Assembly: GCA_045805465.1 (NCBI GenBank)
Contig: JBJMLB010000114.1
Span: 2,375 to 66,374 of the forward strand
Direction: 5' to 3'
DNA from: Conexibacter sp.
GTDB taxonomy: Bacteria > Actinomycetota > Thermoleophilia > Solirubrobacterales > Solirubrobacteraceae
DNA length: 64,000 bases
A program made the position numbers and the translations under genes. The notes under the pieces are model-generated. The model made no database searches. It was given only the letters and a program-made list of their open reading frames with translations, and was not told the origin of the DNA. Below are positions 8,618-17,687 of this stretch, one piece after another. Each line of letters begins with the position of its first letter. Position 1 is the stretch's first letter.

Positions 8618-9445
8618 TTATTCGCGTCTCGGCACGCGCCGGCGCCGCCCCTCGCGCAGCAGCACGGCGACTGCCACCGGCACGGTCGCCGGCAGCACGT
8701 CCACGACGATGAACAGCAGGTCGAACGCGGCCGACAGCGCGAGCACCACGAGCGCCCAGCGCCAGGGAGCGGTATCGGCGCCCGCCCGGGTTGCGGCGGC
8801 GCTCCGCTGCTCCGCCGCCACGATCGCGCCGAACACGCCGGCGACGAACAGATCGCCGTAGCCGATCAGCGCGTCGCCGAACAGCGCGCGCTGCAGCTGG
8901 GGCAGGTGCGCGGGCGGGGCGGCGGCGTTCAGCACGTCGTTGGCCGGCTGCAGCAGCGACGAGCCGACGAGGTAGGCGTCGACCGCCGCCATCGCGACGA
9001 TTCCCGCCTTCAGCCAGCCATGCGGCGCGACCGCCGTCAGCAGCACGCCGAGCGTCACGCAGCTGAGTGCGGACAGCAACACCGCCGCGCCCTCGCCGAG
9101 CAGCGTTTCGCGGTGCCACCAGGCGAGTCCGAACAGCGGGATCGCCAGCAGCCCCAGCGGCGGGCGCCCGCCGCGCATCGTCCCGCCGAGCGCCGCGGCG
9201 GCGAGCGGCGGGACGGCGATCAGCGCGAGCCACGTGAGCCCGTCGGCCGTCTCCCCGGCGGCACCGATCGCCACGACGACGAACACGATCGAGGCGAGCG
9301 GGACGAGTGCCCAGGCCGGTCCGGAGAGCCGACGGGCGAGCGCCTCCACGCGCGCGGGCGCGCGGCCGCGCGGAAGCGCGACGAGCGCGCTCTGCACGCT
9401 CACGAGGCAGGCGTCGGAGAGCCAGAAGCCGAGCGACACGCGCAC
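8618..9445 (-). CDS. polytopic membrane protein, possible presenilin/signal-peptide-peptidase-like aspartyl protease
   Basis: About 8 hydrophobic segments. Motifs AAVDAYLV and, 42 residues later, IGYGDLFVAG (GxGD-like), then LPATVP (PAL-like) near the C-terminus. Confidence 0.6.
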   Translation of the reverse strand: MRVSLGFWLSDACLVSVQSALVALPRGRAPARVEALARRLSGPAWALVPLASIVFVVVAIGAAGETADGLTWLALIAVPPLAAAALGGTMRGGRPPLGLLAIPLFGLAWWHRETLLGEGAAVLLSALSCVTLGVLLTAVAPHGWLKAGIVAMAAVDAYLVGSSLLQPANDVLNAAAPPAHLPQLQRALFGDALIGYGDLFVAGVFGAIVAAEQRSAAATRAGADTAPWRWALVVLALSAAFDLLFIVVDVLPATVPVAVAVLLREGRRRRVPRRE

Positions 9446-9480
9446 AGCCTCGCACGAGGCCTCGCGTGCCGCCGATCAGA

Positions 9481-9564
9481 TGCCCGGGGTGGGAGTCGAA
9501 CCCACATGCCCCTGGGGGACCGCCGATTTTAAGTCGGCTGCGTTTGCCGTTCCGCCACCCGGGC
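9481..9564 (-). tRNA. tRNA-Leu (anticodon UAA)
   Basis: The reverse complement reads GCCCGGGTGGCGGAACGGCAAACGCAGCCGACTTAAAATCGGCGGTCCCCCAGGGGCATGTGGGTTCGACTCCCACCCCGGGCA. The 7-bp acceptor stem closes, the anticodon loop is CTTAAAA, there is a long variable arm, and the T-loop is GGTTCGACTCC. CCA is not encoded. Confidence 0.9.
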
Positions 9565-9785
9565 AGGCCGCGCGGCGGGAGTCTACGAACTCACGAGGAT
9601 GCCGTCGGAACCTCTTTCCGCCCTTTGCGATTGCGACCGACGACGTAAACGTCCGCGTTCGAACGATGCTTGACGCGGGGGCGTAGCGTAGGAATGTGAC
9701 GTGCGGCGAGACCTTTGACACCACAGCAGGAGACCGCGCAGCCCTTGGGCCACGCGGTCACCTCCTCGTGCAAGGTAGCTCCGTC

Positions 9786-10475
9786 TCACGCGACGGCCGT
9801 CGCCCGCGACGAAGCGGGCGTCATGCCTTCGAGCACTGCAGTCGCAAGACGCGCGTCGCCGCGAATGTCCAGACCGCTCGTGACGCCCTCCGGTACGAGA
9901 GCGTCGATCCAGGTGCGTTCCGTTCCGGTTACCTGTGCGTCGGCCTCCGGCTCGGCGCGCTCCTCGAGCGTGGCGGCGCCGCGCTTGATGATGAGCGTGT
10001 ACTTCTTGGTCTCACCGTCCTTCGAACGCTCGGTGACCGTCAGCTCCACTGTGCCGCGCAGCGATCGCGGCAGCGTGAGGAGGCCCGGCGCGAGCCGGAA
10101 GATGGCACCGACGTCGATCGCCTCGTTGCGGCGAGGCTCGGTCCACGACCACTCGTAGCCCCAGCGCGCGAGCGCGCCGAGGACGGGGATGAGGTCACGG
10201 GCTCGATCCGTCAGCTCGTAGTCGACGCGCGGCGGGACCTCCCGGTACCGCTGGCGGGTCAACAGGCCGTCGGCGACCATGCGGTTCAGCCGCGAGCGCA
10301 GCTGCTCCGTCGAAATGCCGGGCAGCGTGCGCTGCAGCTCGACGAACCGGCGCGGCCCGCTGACGAGATCGCGAACGATCAGCAGCGTCCACTTGTCGCC
10401 GACGAGATCGAGTGCTCGCGCGTCCGGCGACCACTGGTCGTATGGATGGCGTTTGGGCGGGGGGGCGGGTGGGAT
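9786..10475 (-). CDS. HxlR-family winged-helix regulator with C-terminal SCP2-like domain (start codon unresolved)
   Basis: The only in-frame ATG is at 10280 (MVADGLL...). However, the HxlR signature ARALDLVGDKWTLLIVRDLVSGPRRFVELQRTLPGISTEQLRSRLNR lies in the same open frame upstream (10281-10440). That frame is open to TAG at 10506-10508 without any ATG/GTG/TTG. The 5' coordinate given is an ATC candidate only. Confidence 0.6.
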   Translation of the reverse strand: MPPAPPPKRHPYDQWSPDARALDLVGDKWTLLIVRDLVSGPRRFVELQRTLPGISTEQLRSRLNRMVADGLLTRQRYREVPPRVDYELTDRARDLIPVLGALARWGYEWSWTEPRRNEAIDVGAIFRLAPGLLTLPRSLRGTVELTVTERSKDGETKKYTLIIKRGAATLEERAEPEADAQVTGTERTWIDALVPEGVTSGLDIRGDARLATAVLEGMTPASSRATAVA

Positions 10476-10713
10476 GGCGACCTCCGTTTTACGTGTGCGT
10501 TGGACCTACCTACCGTGATACAGATTAACCGACTGACGGGTTGGAGAGGGATTCCTTTGACACAAGTCCGCGGCCGTACAGCGCATCGCGGCTGCCGTAC
10601 AGCGCATCGGAGGACGCACAGAAGGCACGTTTCGCACGTTTTTGCGCTTCCAATCGCCTGTCTCGCGGGTGATCGGGGGCGCACGTCGATGCACCCCAGG
10701 GAGGTGGAGGCAG

Positions 10714-11337
10714 ATGGCTGAGGTGATCCAACTCACGCAGCGCCGCCCCGAGAGAGGAGCGCCCGACGCGTCCAACAGCATGGCGCCGACGCTCTACTTC
10801 GATCTCGCGTCGCCCTACACGTACCTCGTCGCGGAGCGCCTCGAGCGCCGTGTCGGCGCTGCCGTATGGCGACCGGCCATGCTGTCGTCGCCCTCGCCGC
10901 GCGGTGAGGAGATGGTCGCTGAGGCGGAGAGTCGGGCGCATGCACTGCGCATGCCGCTCGTGTGGCCCGAGCGCTTTCCGTCAAGAGCGCCGACGGCGAT
11001 GCGCGTTGCGACGTACGCGAACGAGCAGGGCTGCGGCCCGGCGTTCGCGATCGCGGCCGGGCGGCTCGCCTTCTGCGGCGGGTACGACATCGAGGATCCG
11101 GACATTCTCGCGGAGGCGGCAGCAGCCGCCGGCCTCGAGGTGAGCGGAGCGCTCGTGGCGGCGCGAGATCCCAAGCGCGACCATCAGATCGGGATGGCGG
11201 GCCGTGCGGTCGAGCATGCGGGCGGGACCGTGCTGCCCGCGCTCGAGCATGAGCGGCACCTGTACTGCGGAGAGGAGCAGATCGCTGCGTGGCTGTCGCA
11301 GCTGATGGGCGTCGTGGCGCGGTCGAGCGCTTCCTGA
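10714..11337 (+). CDS. DsbA-like thioredoxin-fold protein, 2-hydroxychromene-2-carboxylate isomerase family
   Basis: APTLYFDLASPYTYLVAERLERRV is typical of the N-terminus. ATG 10714 is preceded by GGGAGGTGGAGG. An alternative ATG lies at 10780. Confidence 0.7.
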   Translation: MAEVIQLTQRRPERGAPDASNSMAPTLYFDLASPYTYLVAERLERRVGAAVWRPAMLSSPSPRGEEMVAEAESRAHALRMPLVWPERFPSRAPTAMRVATYANEQGCGPAFAIAAGRLAFCGGYDIEDPDILAEAAAAAGLEVSGALVAARDPKRDHQIGMAGRAVEHAGGTVLPALEHERHLYCGEEQIAAWLSQLMGVVARSSAS

Positions 11338-11392
11338 GCGTTTCCTCATCGGGGCTGGCATCGCGCCGCCCCGCTGTCACAATTCCATTGGG

Positions 11393-12997
11393 ATGGACCG
11401 AGCACTGCGATTCCTGTATCGCCGGCTCGGCCGGCGATACCCGCTGACGGTCGTCGTCCTCCAGTTCCAGCTCGCGCACTTCGTGGTGCTCGGCGGCCTC
11501 GTGCTCTTGCGGCTCTACCAGCCGATGAGCAACCGGAGCTTCGTCGTGCTGCTCGTCGTGGCGGAGCTGCTGGTGGCGCTCGACAACGCGAGCTCGACGC
11601 TGCTCGCACGGCGGCTGCTCGCGCCGGTCGACGCATGGCTGAACGGCGCGCGTGACCGCGCGAGCACGACGGACGCGTGGCGCGCGCTCGCGTTCATGCC
11701 GAGCACCTACGCGCGTCGCGTGCGCACCGTCCCGATCCTGTTGGTGATCGTCCCGTTCGGCACGTTCGCGACCGTCGAGCTCGGGCTCCCGATCTGGGCG
11801 GCCTTCGCGATCTTCGCGGGGATGCTGATGACGTTGCTGTACGGCGCGCTGTTCCGCTTCTTCGCGATGGAGTCGCTGCTGCGACCGGTGCTCGCCGACG
11901 TGGCGCTGCACCTCTCCGATGACTTCGAGCCGGGCCGGGGCGGCGTGCCGCTGCGCCGCCGGCTGCTCGTCGGCCTGCCGGCGATCAATGTGCTGACCGG
12001 CGCGATCGTGGCCGGCATCGAGCTCAACCGCAACGGCGCGCAGCTGGCCGACCTCGGGCCCGCGGTCGTGATCGCGGTGATCGTCGCGTTCACGATCTCA
12101 CTCGAGCTGACGATCCTGCTGTCGCGCTCGATCTTCGGGCCGCTCGACGCGCTGCGGGAGGCGACCGAGCGCGTGCGCCACGGCGACTTGCGCACGCGCG
12201 TGCCAGTCGTCTCGGCTGACGAGACGGGCCGTCTCGCGCGCTCCTTCAACGACATGGTCGCCGGCCTGCAGGAGCGCGAGCGGCTGCACGAGGCGTTCGG
12301 CGCCTACGTCGGGCCGAACGTCGCCGAAATGGTGCTGCGCGACGGCCCGCACCTCGACGGCGAGGAACTCCAGGTCTCGGTGCTGTTCCTCGACATCCGC
12401 GACTTCACGCGCTTCGCCGAGCGCGCGAGCGCACGCGAGGTGGTCGACCGCCTCAACGAGTTTTACGACCTCGTCGTGCCGCTGCTGGTGCGCCACGGCG
12501 GCTACCCGGACAAGTACGTCGGCGACGGCCTGCTCGGCGTGTTCGGCGCCCCCGAGCCGATCGTCGCGCACGCCGACCGCGCGGTCGCGGCCGCGATCGA
12601 GATCGCGCGCGCGGTGCAGGAGCACTACGGCGACGACCTGCGCGTCGGGATCGGCGTCAACTCCGGGCTCGTGGTCGCGGGCACGGTCGGCGGCGGCGGC
12701 CACGTCGAGTTCACGGTCATCGGCGATCCGGTCAACACGGCGGCGCGCGTGGAGCAGGTGACGCGCCAGACGGGCGACGCAGTCCTGGTGACGGACGCGA
12801 CACAGCGGCTGCTGTGCCTCGACCACGGCGGCTTCGATGCGCGCCCCGCCGCGCCGCTCAAGGGCAAGCGCGAGCGCGTGCAGCTGTGGGCCCCGCGGGT
12901 GCTGACGCCGACGGCGCCAACGCAGGAAGGGAAGGACGCGGCACGCCCGGCCCGGCCCGAGCATGCGTGGGGTCGTGGCGCAGCGGGCGGCGGGTGA
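11393..12997 (+). CDS. membrane-bound class III adenylate/guanylate cyclase with HAMP domain
   Basis: N-terminal TM helices are followed by a HAMP domain (FGPLDALREATERVRHGDLRTRVPVVSADETGRLARSFNDMVAGLQ). The cyclase core reads VSVLFLDIRDFTRFAE...KYVGDGLLGVFGAP...GVNSGLVVAGTVGG...FTVIGDPVNTAARV. Confidence 0.9.
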   Translation: MDRALRFLYRRLGRRYPLTVVVLQFQLAHFVVLGGLVLLRLYQPMSNRSFVVLLVVAELLVALDNASSTLLARRLLAPVDAWLNGARDRASTTDAWRALAFMPSTYARRVRTVPILLVIVPFGTFATVELGLPIWAAFAIFAGMLMTLLYGALFRFFAMESLLRPVLADVALHLSDDFEPGRGGVPLRRRLLVGLPAINVLTGAIVAGIELNRNGAQLADLGPAVVIAVIVAFTISLELTILLSRSIFGPLDALREATERVRHGDLRTRVPVVSADETGRLARSFNDMVAGLQERERLHEAFGAYVGPNVAEMVLRDGPHLDGEELQVSVLFLDIRDFTRFAERASAREVVDRLNEFYDLVVPLLVRHGGYPDKYVGDGLLGVFGAPEPIVAHADRAVAAAIEIARAVQEHYGDDLRVGIGVNSGLVVAGTVGGGGHVEFTVIGDPVNTAARVEQVTRQTGDAVLVTDATQRLLCLDHGGFDARPAAPLKGKRERVQLWAPRVLTPTAPTQEGKDAARPARPEHAWGRGAAGGG

Positions 12998-13015
12998 GCG
13001 GGCCTTGAAGTGAAT

Positions 13016-13041
13016 GGGGCCCGGCATCGGTGCCGAGCCCC
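13016..13041 (+). terminator. GC-rich hairpin downstream of the cyclase gene
   Basis: GGGGCCCGGCA-TCGG-TGCCGAGCCCC lies 19 nt after the stop. There is no clear U-tract. Confidence 0.35.
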
Positions 13042-13353
13042 ACTCGTGGTCGCAGCTCCATGAAGAGCGAGCCGGGTCGGGGGTCCCCGCTCGCGGGAGC
13101 TGTGCGTCGCCGACCGAACGCTTTGGGAGGCGCCGGCGTCTTCCGCCGGCCGCGTCCGGCCTATGTCGGGAACCGAGGAGCTCGTGCCATGAACGCTCCT
13201 GGTCCGGGGCCATGATGGGGAAGGGATGCGGCTGATGCAAGGTGCGGGTCGCCCGTCATACGTGCCTCATACGCCACGTGCGCCGGGCCGTCGAGCTGAC
13301 CAGTCAGAGGTCGTCCGGCGCGGCCAGATCGCGAGGCATCTAGCATCGCCCGC

Positions 13354-15015
13354 ATGTCCACAGACACCACGGAGCAGACGCGTCTGCACGGCGGCCGGCT
13401 GATCGCGCGCCGCCTCAAGGCTCACGGCGTGAGCAAGCTGTTCACGCTCTCGGGCGGTCACATCTTCCCGATCTACGACGGCTGCCGCGAGGAGGGCGTC
13501 GACATCGTCGACGTGCGCCACGAGCAGGCCGCCGCCTTCGCCGCGGAGGGCTGGGCGAAGGTCACCCGCACCCCCGGCGTCGCGGCCGTGACGGCCGGTC
13601 CGGGCGTGACGAACGCGCTCAGCGCCATGGGGTCCGCGCAGTCGAACAACTCGCCGGTGCTGGTGCTCGGCGGCCGGGCGCCGGCGCTGCGCTGGGGCCG
13701 CGGCTCGCTGCAGGAGATCGACCACGTGCCGTTCGTGAGGCCGTTGACGAAGCTGGCGGCGACGCCCGACTCAACGGCGGAGATCCCCGGGATGGTGGAC
13801 GAGGCGCTGCGCGCGGCGATGACGCCGCACTCCGGGCCGACGTTCCTCGACTTCCCGATGGACCATGTGTTCAGCGAGGCCGAGGAGCCGGCGAGCGGCG
13901 CCGCGTTGCTGGAGCCGCACCTCGGCGCCGGCGCGGACGGCGACGCGATCGAGCGCGCCGGGCGGCTGCTGGGGGAGGCCGAGCGGCCGGTCGTGATGGC
14001 GGGCACCAACCTCTACTGGGGACATGGCGAGGTGGCGCTGCGGGCGCTGGCGGAGGAGCTCGGGGTGCCGGTCTTCCTCAACGGGCTGGCGCGCGGCTGC
14101 GTGCCGGCCGACCACGACCTGTTCTTCTCGCGTGCGCGCGGTGCTGCGTTGACGAACGCCGACGTCGCGCTCGTGATCGGCGTGCCGATGGACTTCCGAC
14201 TCGGCTTCGGCGAGTCGTTCGGGCCGGAGACGGAGATCGTGGTGCTGGACGTCGCGGAGCCGGTGCGGGAGCACCCGCGAGCGGTCGCAGCCGAGCTGTA
14301 CGGCGCGCTGCCGGCGACGCTCGACGCGCTGCGCTCGGCGGCTGCGTCGGCCGGCGGGGGCGCGTCGCGGACACGGGCATGGGTCGAGCAGCTGCGCAAC
14401 GTCGAGTCCGAGAAGCACGCTGCCGAGGCGGCTGAGCTGAACGACGAGCGCGCGCCGCTGCACCCGATGCGCGTCTACCGCGGGCTGGCCGAGGTGATCG
14501 ACCGCAACGCGATCGTCGTCTGCGACGGCGGCGACTTCGTCTCCTACGCGGGACGCGTCGTCGACTCCTACGAGCCGGGCTGTTGGCTGGACCCGGGGCC
14601 GTTCGGCTGCCTGGGCAGCGGGCCGGGCTACGCGCTTGCGGCGAAGCTCGCGAGACCCGAGCGCCAGGTCGTGCTGCTGCTGGGCGACGGCGCCTTCGGC
14701 TTCTCGGGGCTGGAGTACGACACGCTCGCGCGCCACGGCGTGCACGTCGTCGGCGTGATGGGCAACAACGGCATCTGGGCGCTTGAGAAGCATCCGATGG
14801 AGTTCCTGTACGGCTACTCGGTCGCGGCCGAGCTGCGGCCGGCGACGCGCTACGACGAGGTCGTGAGAGCGCTCGGCGGGCACGGAGAGCTGGTCGAGCG
14901 GCCGGACGACCTGCGGGGTGCGCTCGAGCGCGCGTTCGCGGCGAACGTGCCGGCGCTGGTGAACGTGCTGACGGACCCGAGCGTGGTGTACCCGCGCAAG
15001 TCGAATCTGGCCTGA
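13354..15015 (+). CDS. thiamine-pyrophosphate-dependent enzyme (acetolactate synthase large subunit / oxalyl-CoA decarboxylase-like)
   Basis: N-terminal TPP-pyrimidine domain ([30 protein letters not shown]...[32 protein letters not shown]). The C-terminal part has a [15 protein letters not shown]-binding motif. Confidence 0.85.
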   Translation: MSTDTTEQTRLHGGRLIARRLKAHGVSKLFTLSGGHIFPIYDGCREEGVDIVDVRHEQAAAFAAEGWAKVTRTPGVAAVTAGPGVTNALSAMGSAQSNNSPVLVLGGRAPALRWGRGSLQEIDHVPFVRPLTKLAATPDSTAEIPGMVDEALRAAMTPHSGPTFLDFPMDHVFSEAEEPASGAALLEPHLGAGADGDAIERAGRLLGEAERPVVMAGTNLYWGHGEVALRALAEELGVPVFLNGLARGCVPADHDLFFSRARGAALTNADVALVIGVPMDFRLGFGESFGPETEIVVLDVAEPVREHPRAVAAELYGALPATLDALRSAAASAGGGASRTRAWVEQLRNVESEKHAAEAAELNDERAPLHPMRVYRGLAEVIDRNAIVVCDGGDFVSYAGRVVDSYEPGCWLDPGPFGCLGSGPGYALAAKLARPERQVVLLLGDGAFGFSGLEYDTLARHGVHVVGVMGNNGIWALEKHPMEFLYGYSVAAELRPATRYDEVVRALGGHGELVERPDDLRGALERAFAANVPALVNVLTDPSVVYPRKSNLA

Positions 15016-15039
15016 ACCCGGCGGGTCCGGCGACGTCAC

Positions 15040-15377
15040 CCCGAAAATGAGGAAGCCGCCCACATCATGTGGACGGCTTCCTCGAAGTGGCCCCATCAGG
15101 ACGGGCAGGGGTACGTGCCGTGAAAGGGCCTATCAGTGGCTCGGACGGCGGGAGGCGCCGTATTCGGCTATCGCCCGAGCCTATGGGCCGAGCAACGGGA
15201 ACGCTTGCACGTCACCCACTGCCCGACCCAGCCATATTCCTAGGGTGTCATGGACCGGACAATCGAACATACGTCCAGCTCATTAGTCAGGGTGATCCGG
15301 TCATGCCTTGCGTGCGAATGGGGTCAGCTCGCCGAGAATCGGTGCGTCATCGACGGCGCTGCGAGGCGCCCGCTCGG
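15040..15377 (-). ncRNA. candidate structured RNA or long structured 3' UTR of the ppx-like gene
   Basis: About 330 nt with no credible ORF and lower GC than the flanking CDSs. At least three complementary segment pairs are present (15103-15111/15215-15224, 15138-15144/15175-15181, 15249-15259/15296-15305). It ends in the 15049-15083 terminator. The family is not identified. Confidence 0.3.
15049..15083 (-). terminator. long perfect hairpin; U-tract only on the minus strand
   Basis: The plus strand reads GAGGAAGCCG-C-CCACAT-C-ATGTGG-A-CGGCTTCCTC. On the minus strand the hairpin is followed by ATTTTC (plus-strand 15043-15048). Confidence 0.6.
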
Positions 15378-16319
15378 TCAGCGTGCGAGCGGGCGGACAT
15401 GCGCCAACGCGACGCCATGCAGGAGGTCGTGCTCGGAGACCTCGGCACGGTCGAGCTCGAACGCACGCAGCACCTCCAGCAAGATCGCCGCGCCGGCGAC
15501 AATCGTAGGCGCGCGGTCGGGGTGCAGGCCGCGCACTCCGCGCCGCTGTGCGAGCGGCATCTGCGCGAGGCGTGCGAGCAGCAGCTCGACCTCACCCAGC
15601 TCGAGCATGTAGCCGTGCACGCGCCGCGGGTCGTACGGATCCAGCTCCTGGTCGATCGCGGCGAGCGACGTGGCGGTGCCGGCGACGCCGACGGCGGCGC
15701 GGGCGCTTGCGCGGACCGCCTGCGGGACGCCCGCCTCGATCGCCGCGCGGATGTCGTCGGCAAGCTGCTGCAACTCGTGCGGAGGCGGTGGGTCGTGGTG
15801 CAGGTGACGCTCCGTCTGGCGCACGACCCCGGCCTGCAGCGAGACGTGGAAGCGCGGCGCGTCGCTGCCTGCGGCGCCGACGATCAGCTCGGTCGAGCCG
15901 CCGCCGACGTCGATCACGAGCAGCGGCGTCGCGTCCTGTAGATCGCGCCCGTGCGTCGCGCCGCGGAAGGTCAGCTGCGCCTCCTCCTCGCCCGCGATCG
16001 CGCGGGCGGCAAGCCCGTAGTCCTGGCACACGCGACGCGTGAAGTCGGCGCCGTTGGCCGCGTCGCGCGTGGCGCTCGTCAGGACGGCGACCCGGTCGGC
16101 GGCGGCGACCTCGGCGGCGTCGAGCGCGTCGCGATACGCGGCGAGCGTCGCGAAGACACGCTCCATCGCCTCGGCTGCGAGGCGGCCGGAGGTGTCGACG
16201 CCCTGGCCCAGGCGTGTGACCTCGGAGCGGCGGTCGAGCTCCTTGATCGCGCCGTCCACGACGTCGGCGATCAGCAGACGTGTGGAGTTGGTCCCGATGT
16301 CGACGACGCCGACGCGCAT
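15378..16319 (-). CDS. ppx: Ppx/GppA-family exopolyphosphatase / guanosine pentaphosphate phosphohydrolase
   Basis: MRVGVVDIGTNSTRLLIADV...VIDVGGGSTEL...VGVAGTATSLAAI are ASKHA-fold phosphate motifs. Confidence 0.85.
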   Translation of the reverse strand: MRVGVVDIGTNSTRLLIADVVDGAIKELDRRSEVTRLGQGVDTSGRLAAEAMERVFATLAAYRDALDAAEVAAADRVAVLTSATRDAANGADFTRRVCQDYGLAARAIAGEEEAQLTFRGATHGRDLQDATPLLVIDVGGGSTELIVGAAGSDAPRFHVSLQAGVVRQTERHLHHDPPPPHELQQLADDIRAAIEAGVPQAVRASARAAVGVAGTATSLAAIDQELDPYDPRRVHGYMLELGEVELLLARLAQMPLAQRRGVRGLHPDRAPTIVAGAAILLEVLRAFELDRAEVSEHDLLHGVALAHVRPLAR

Positions 16320-16331
16320 GCGGCTCCGATG

Positions 16332-17282
16332 CTACGCGGCGGGCGGCTGTGCCGGCGGCGGGGCGGCGTGCGGCAGCGGCTCGCCCGCGAGGCCCGCGAG
16401 CACGTTGTCGACGGCGAGGTCCGTCATCGCGGCGCGCGTGCGCGGGGTGGCGGAGCCGACGTGGGGGATGACGAGCACGTTCGGCGCCTGCAGCAGCGGA
16501 TGGTCGGGGGGCAGCGGCTCGGGATCCGTGACGTCGAGCGCAGCGCCGGCGATCGTGCCAGCGTGGAGCGCGTGCGTGAGGGCGTCGGTGTCGACGACGC
16601 CGCCGCGCGCCGTGTTGACGAGGATCGCGGTCGGCTTCATGCGCTCGAGCGCCTGCGCGTCGATCAGGTGACGGGTCCGCGGCGTGAGCGGAACGTGGAG
16701 TGAGACGAAGTCGGACTGCTCGAGCAGCTCGCCCAGCGGCGTGCCGTCGTGGCTCGTGGCCTTGAGGATCCGCATGTCGAAGCCGCTCGCACGGCGCGCG
16801 ACCGCCTCGCCGATGCGACCGGCGCCGACGATCCCGAGGGTGGTCCCGACGAGGTCGGCGCCGAGAAAGCCGTCCGGCTGCCACATGCCCCAGCGCCCGT
16901 CCTTGACCGCCTGTGCGGACTGCGGGAGGCGGCGGGCGGCGGCGAGCATCAGCGCGAACGCGAGGTCGGCCGTCGCGTCGGTGAGGACGTCGGGCGTGTT
17001 GCCGACCGCGATGCCGTGGGCGCGGGCGGCGACGAGATCGATGTTGTCGAGCCCGACCGCGTAGTTCGCGATCACCTTCAGGTGGCGGTTCGCGTCCAGG
17101 AAGGACTCGTCGACGGGGTCGCTGAGCATGCAGAGCAGGGCGTCGGCCGCTTGCGTGCGCTCATGCAGGGCCGTTGCCGGCGGCGGCCCTGCGCCGGCCC
17201 AGACGTCGACCTCGTGGCCGGCGGCCGTGAGGCGATCCAAACCGTCGCCGACTGGCTGACGGGTGACGAAGACGCGTGCCAT
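16332..17282 (-). CDS. D-isomer-specific 2-hydroxyacid dehydrogenase (glyoxylate/hydroxypyruvate reductase-like)
   Basis: [15 protein letters not shown] (NAD-binding motif), plus [11 protein letters not shown] and IPHVGSAT (catalytic R/E/H pattern). Confidence 0.85.
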   Translation of the reverse strand: MARVFVTRQPVGDGLDRLTAAGHEVDVWAGAGPPPATALHERTQAADALLCMLSDPVDESFLDANRHLKVIANYAVGLDNIDLVAARAHGIAVGNTPDVLTDATADLAFALMLAAARRLPQSAQAVKDGRWGMWQPDGFLGADLVGTTLGIVGAGRIGEAVARRASGFDMRILKATSHDGTPLGELLEQSDFVSLHVPLTPRTRHLIDAQALERMKPTAILVNTARGGVVDTDALTHALHAGTIAGAALDVTDPEPLPPDHPLLQAPNVLVIPHVGSATPRTRAAMTDLAVDNVLAGLAGEPLPHAAPPPAQPPAA

Positions 17283-17352
17283 GCGGCGGATCGTAAGGGC
17301 GTCTCGCGCCTGCGGGATTCAGAGCCGATTCGCTATACTGCTTCGTCCACGC

Positions 17353-17468
<116 letters not shown>

Positions 17469-17646
17469 ACGGCTTTGAGAGCCGGCGCGTGGGTGGGGAG
17501 TACCAGCCGGGAGTACCAAACTCAGAGTAGCCCGAGCAGCTCGTATGCGGCGCGGACGGTCGGTGCCGGAGGGCGGAGGCCCGGAATGGCCGAGCAGGTC
17601 CTTGTCGCCGGGGACGATGGCGCGCCGGACATCCTGTTCACGTCTT

Positions 17647-17677
17647 GTGTACACCCAGCGTATACATAGTGTGTATA
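17647..17677 (+). promoter_or_regulatory. AT-rich palindromes upstream of padR (candidate PadR operator/promoter)
   Basis: GTGTACAC (17648-17655) is a perfect 8-nt palindrome. TATACA-N5-TGTATA (17661-17677) ends 10 nt before the padR ATG at 17688. Confidence 0.45.
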
Positions 17678-17687
17678 GTGCTCGTCC

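Noticed and set aside
15016-15377. Identification of the structured intergenic region as RNase P RNA, tmRNA or SRP RNA.
   Set aside because: I looked on both strands for GAGGAAAGUCCGG, ACAGAAnnCCGGC and AGAUGAAUG (RNase P). I also looked for a tRNA-like GGUUCGAnUCC 3' end with a tag ORF (tmRNA) and for the GGAA/AGCA domain IV motif (SRP). None is present. GAGGAAGCCG is just one arm of the terminator hairpin.
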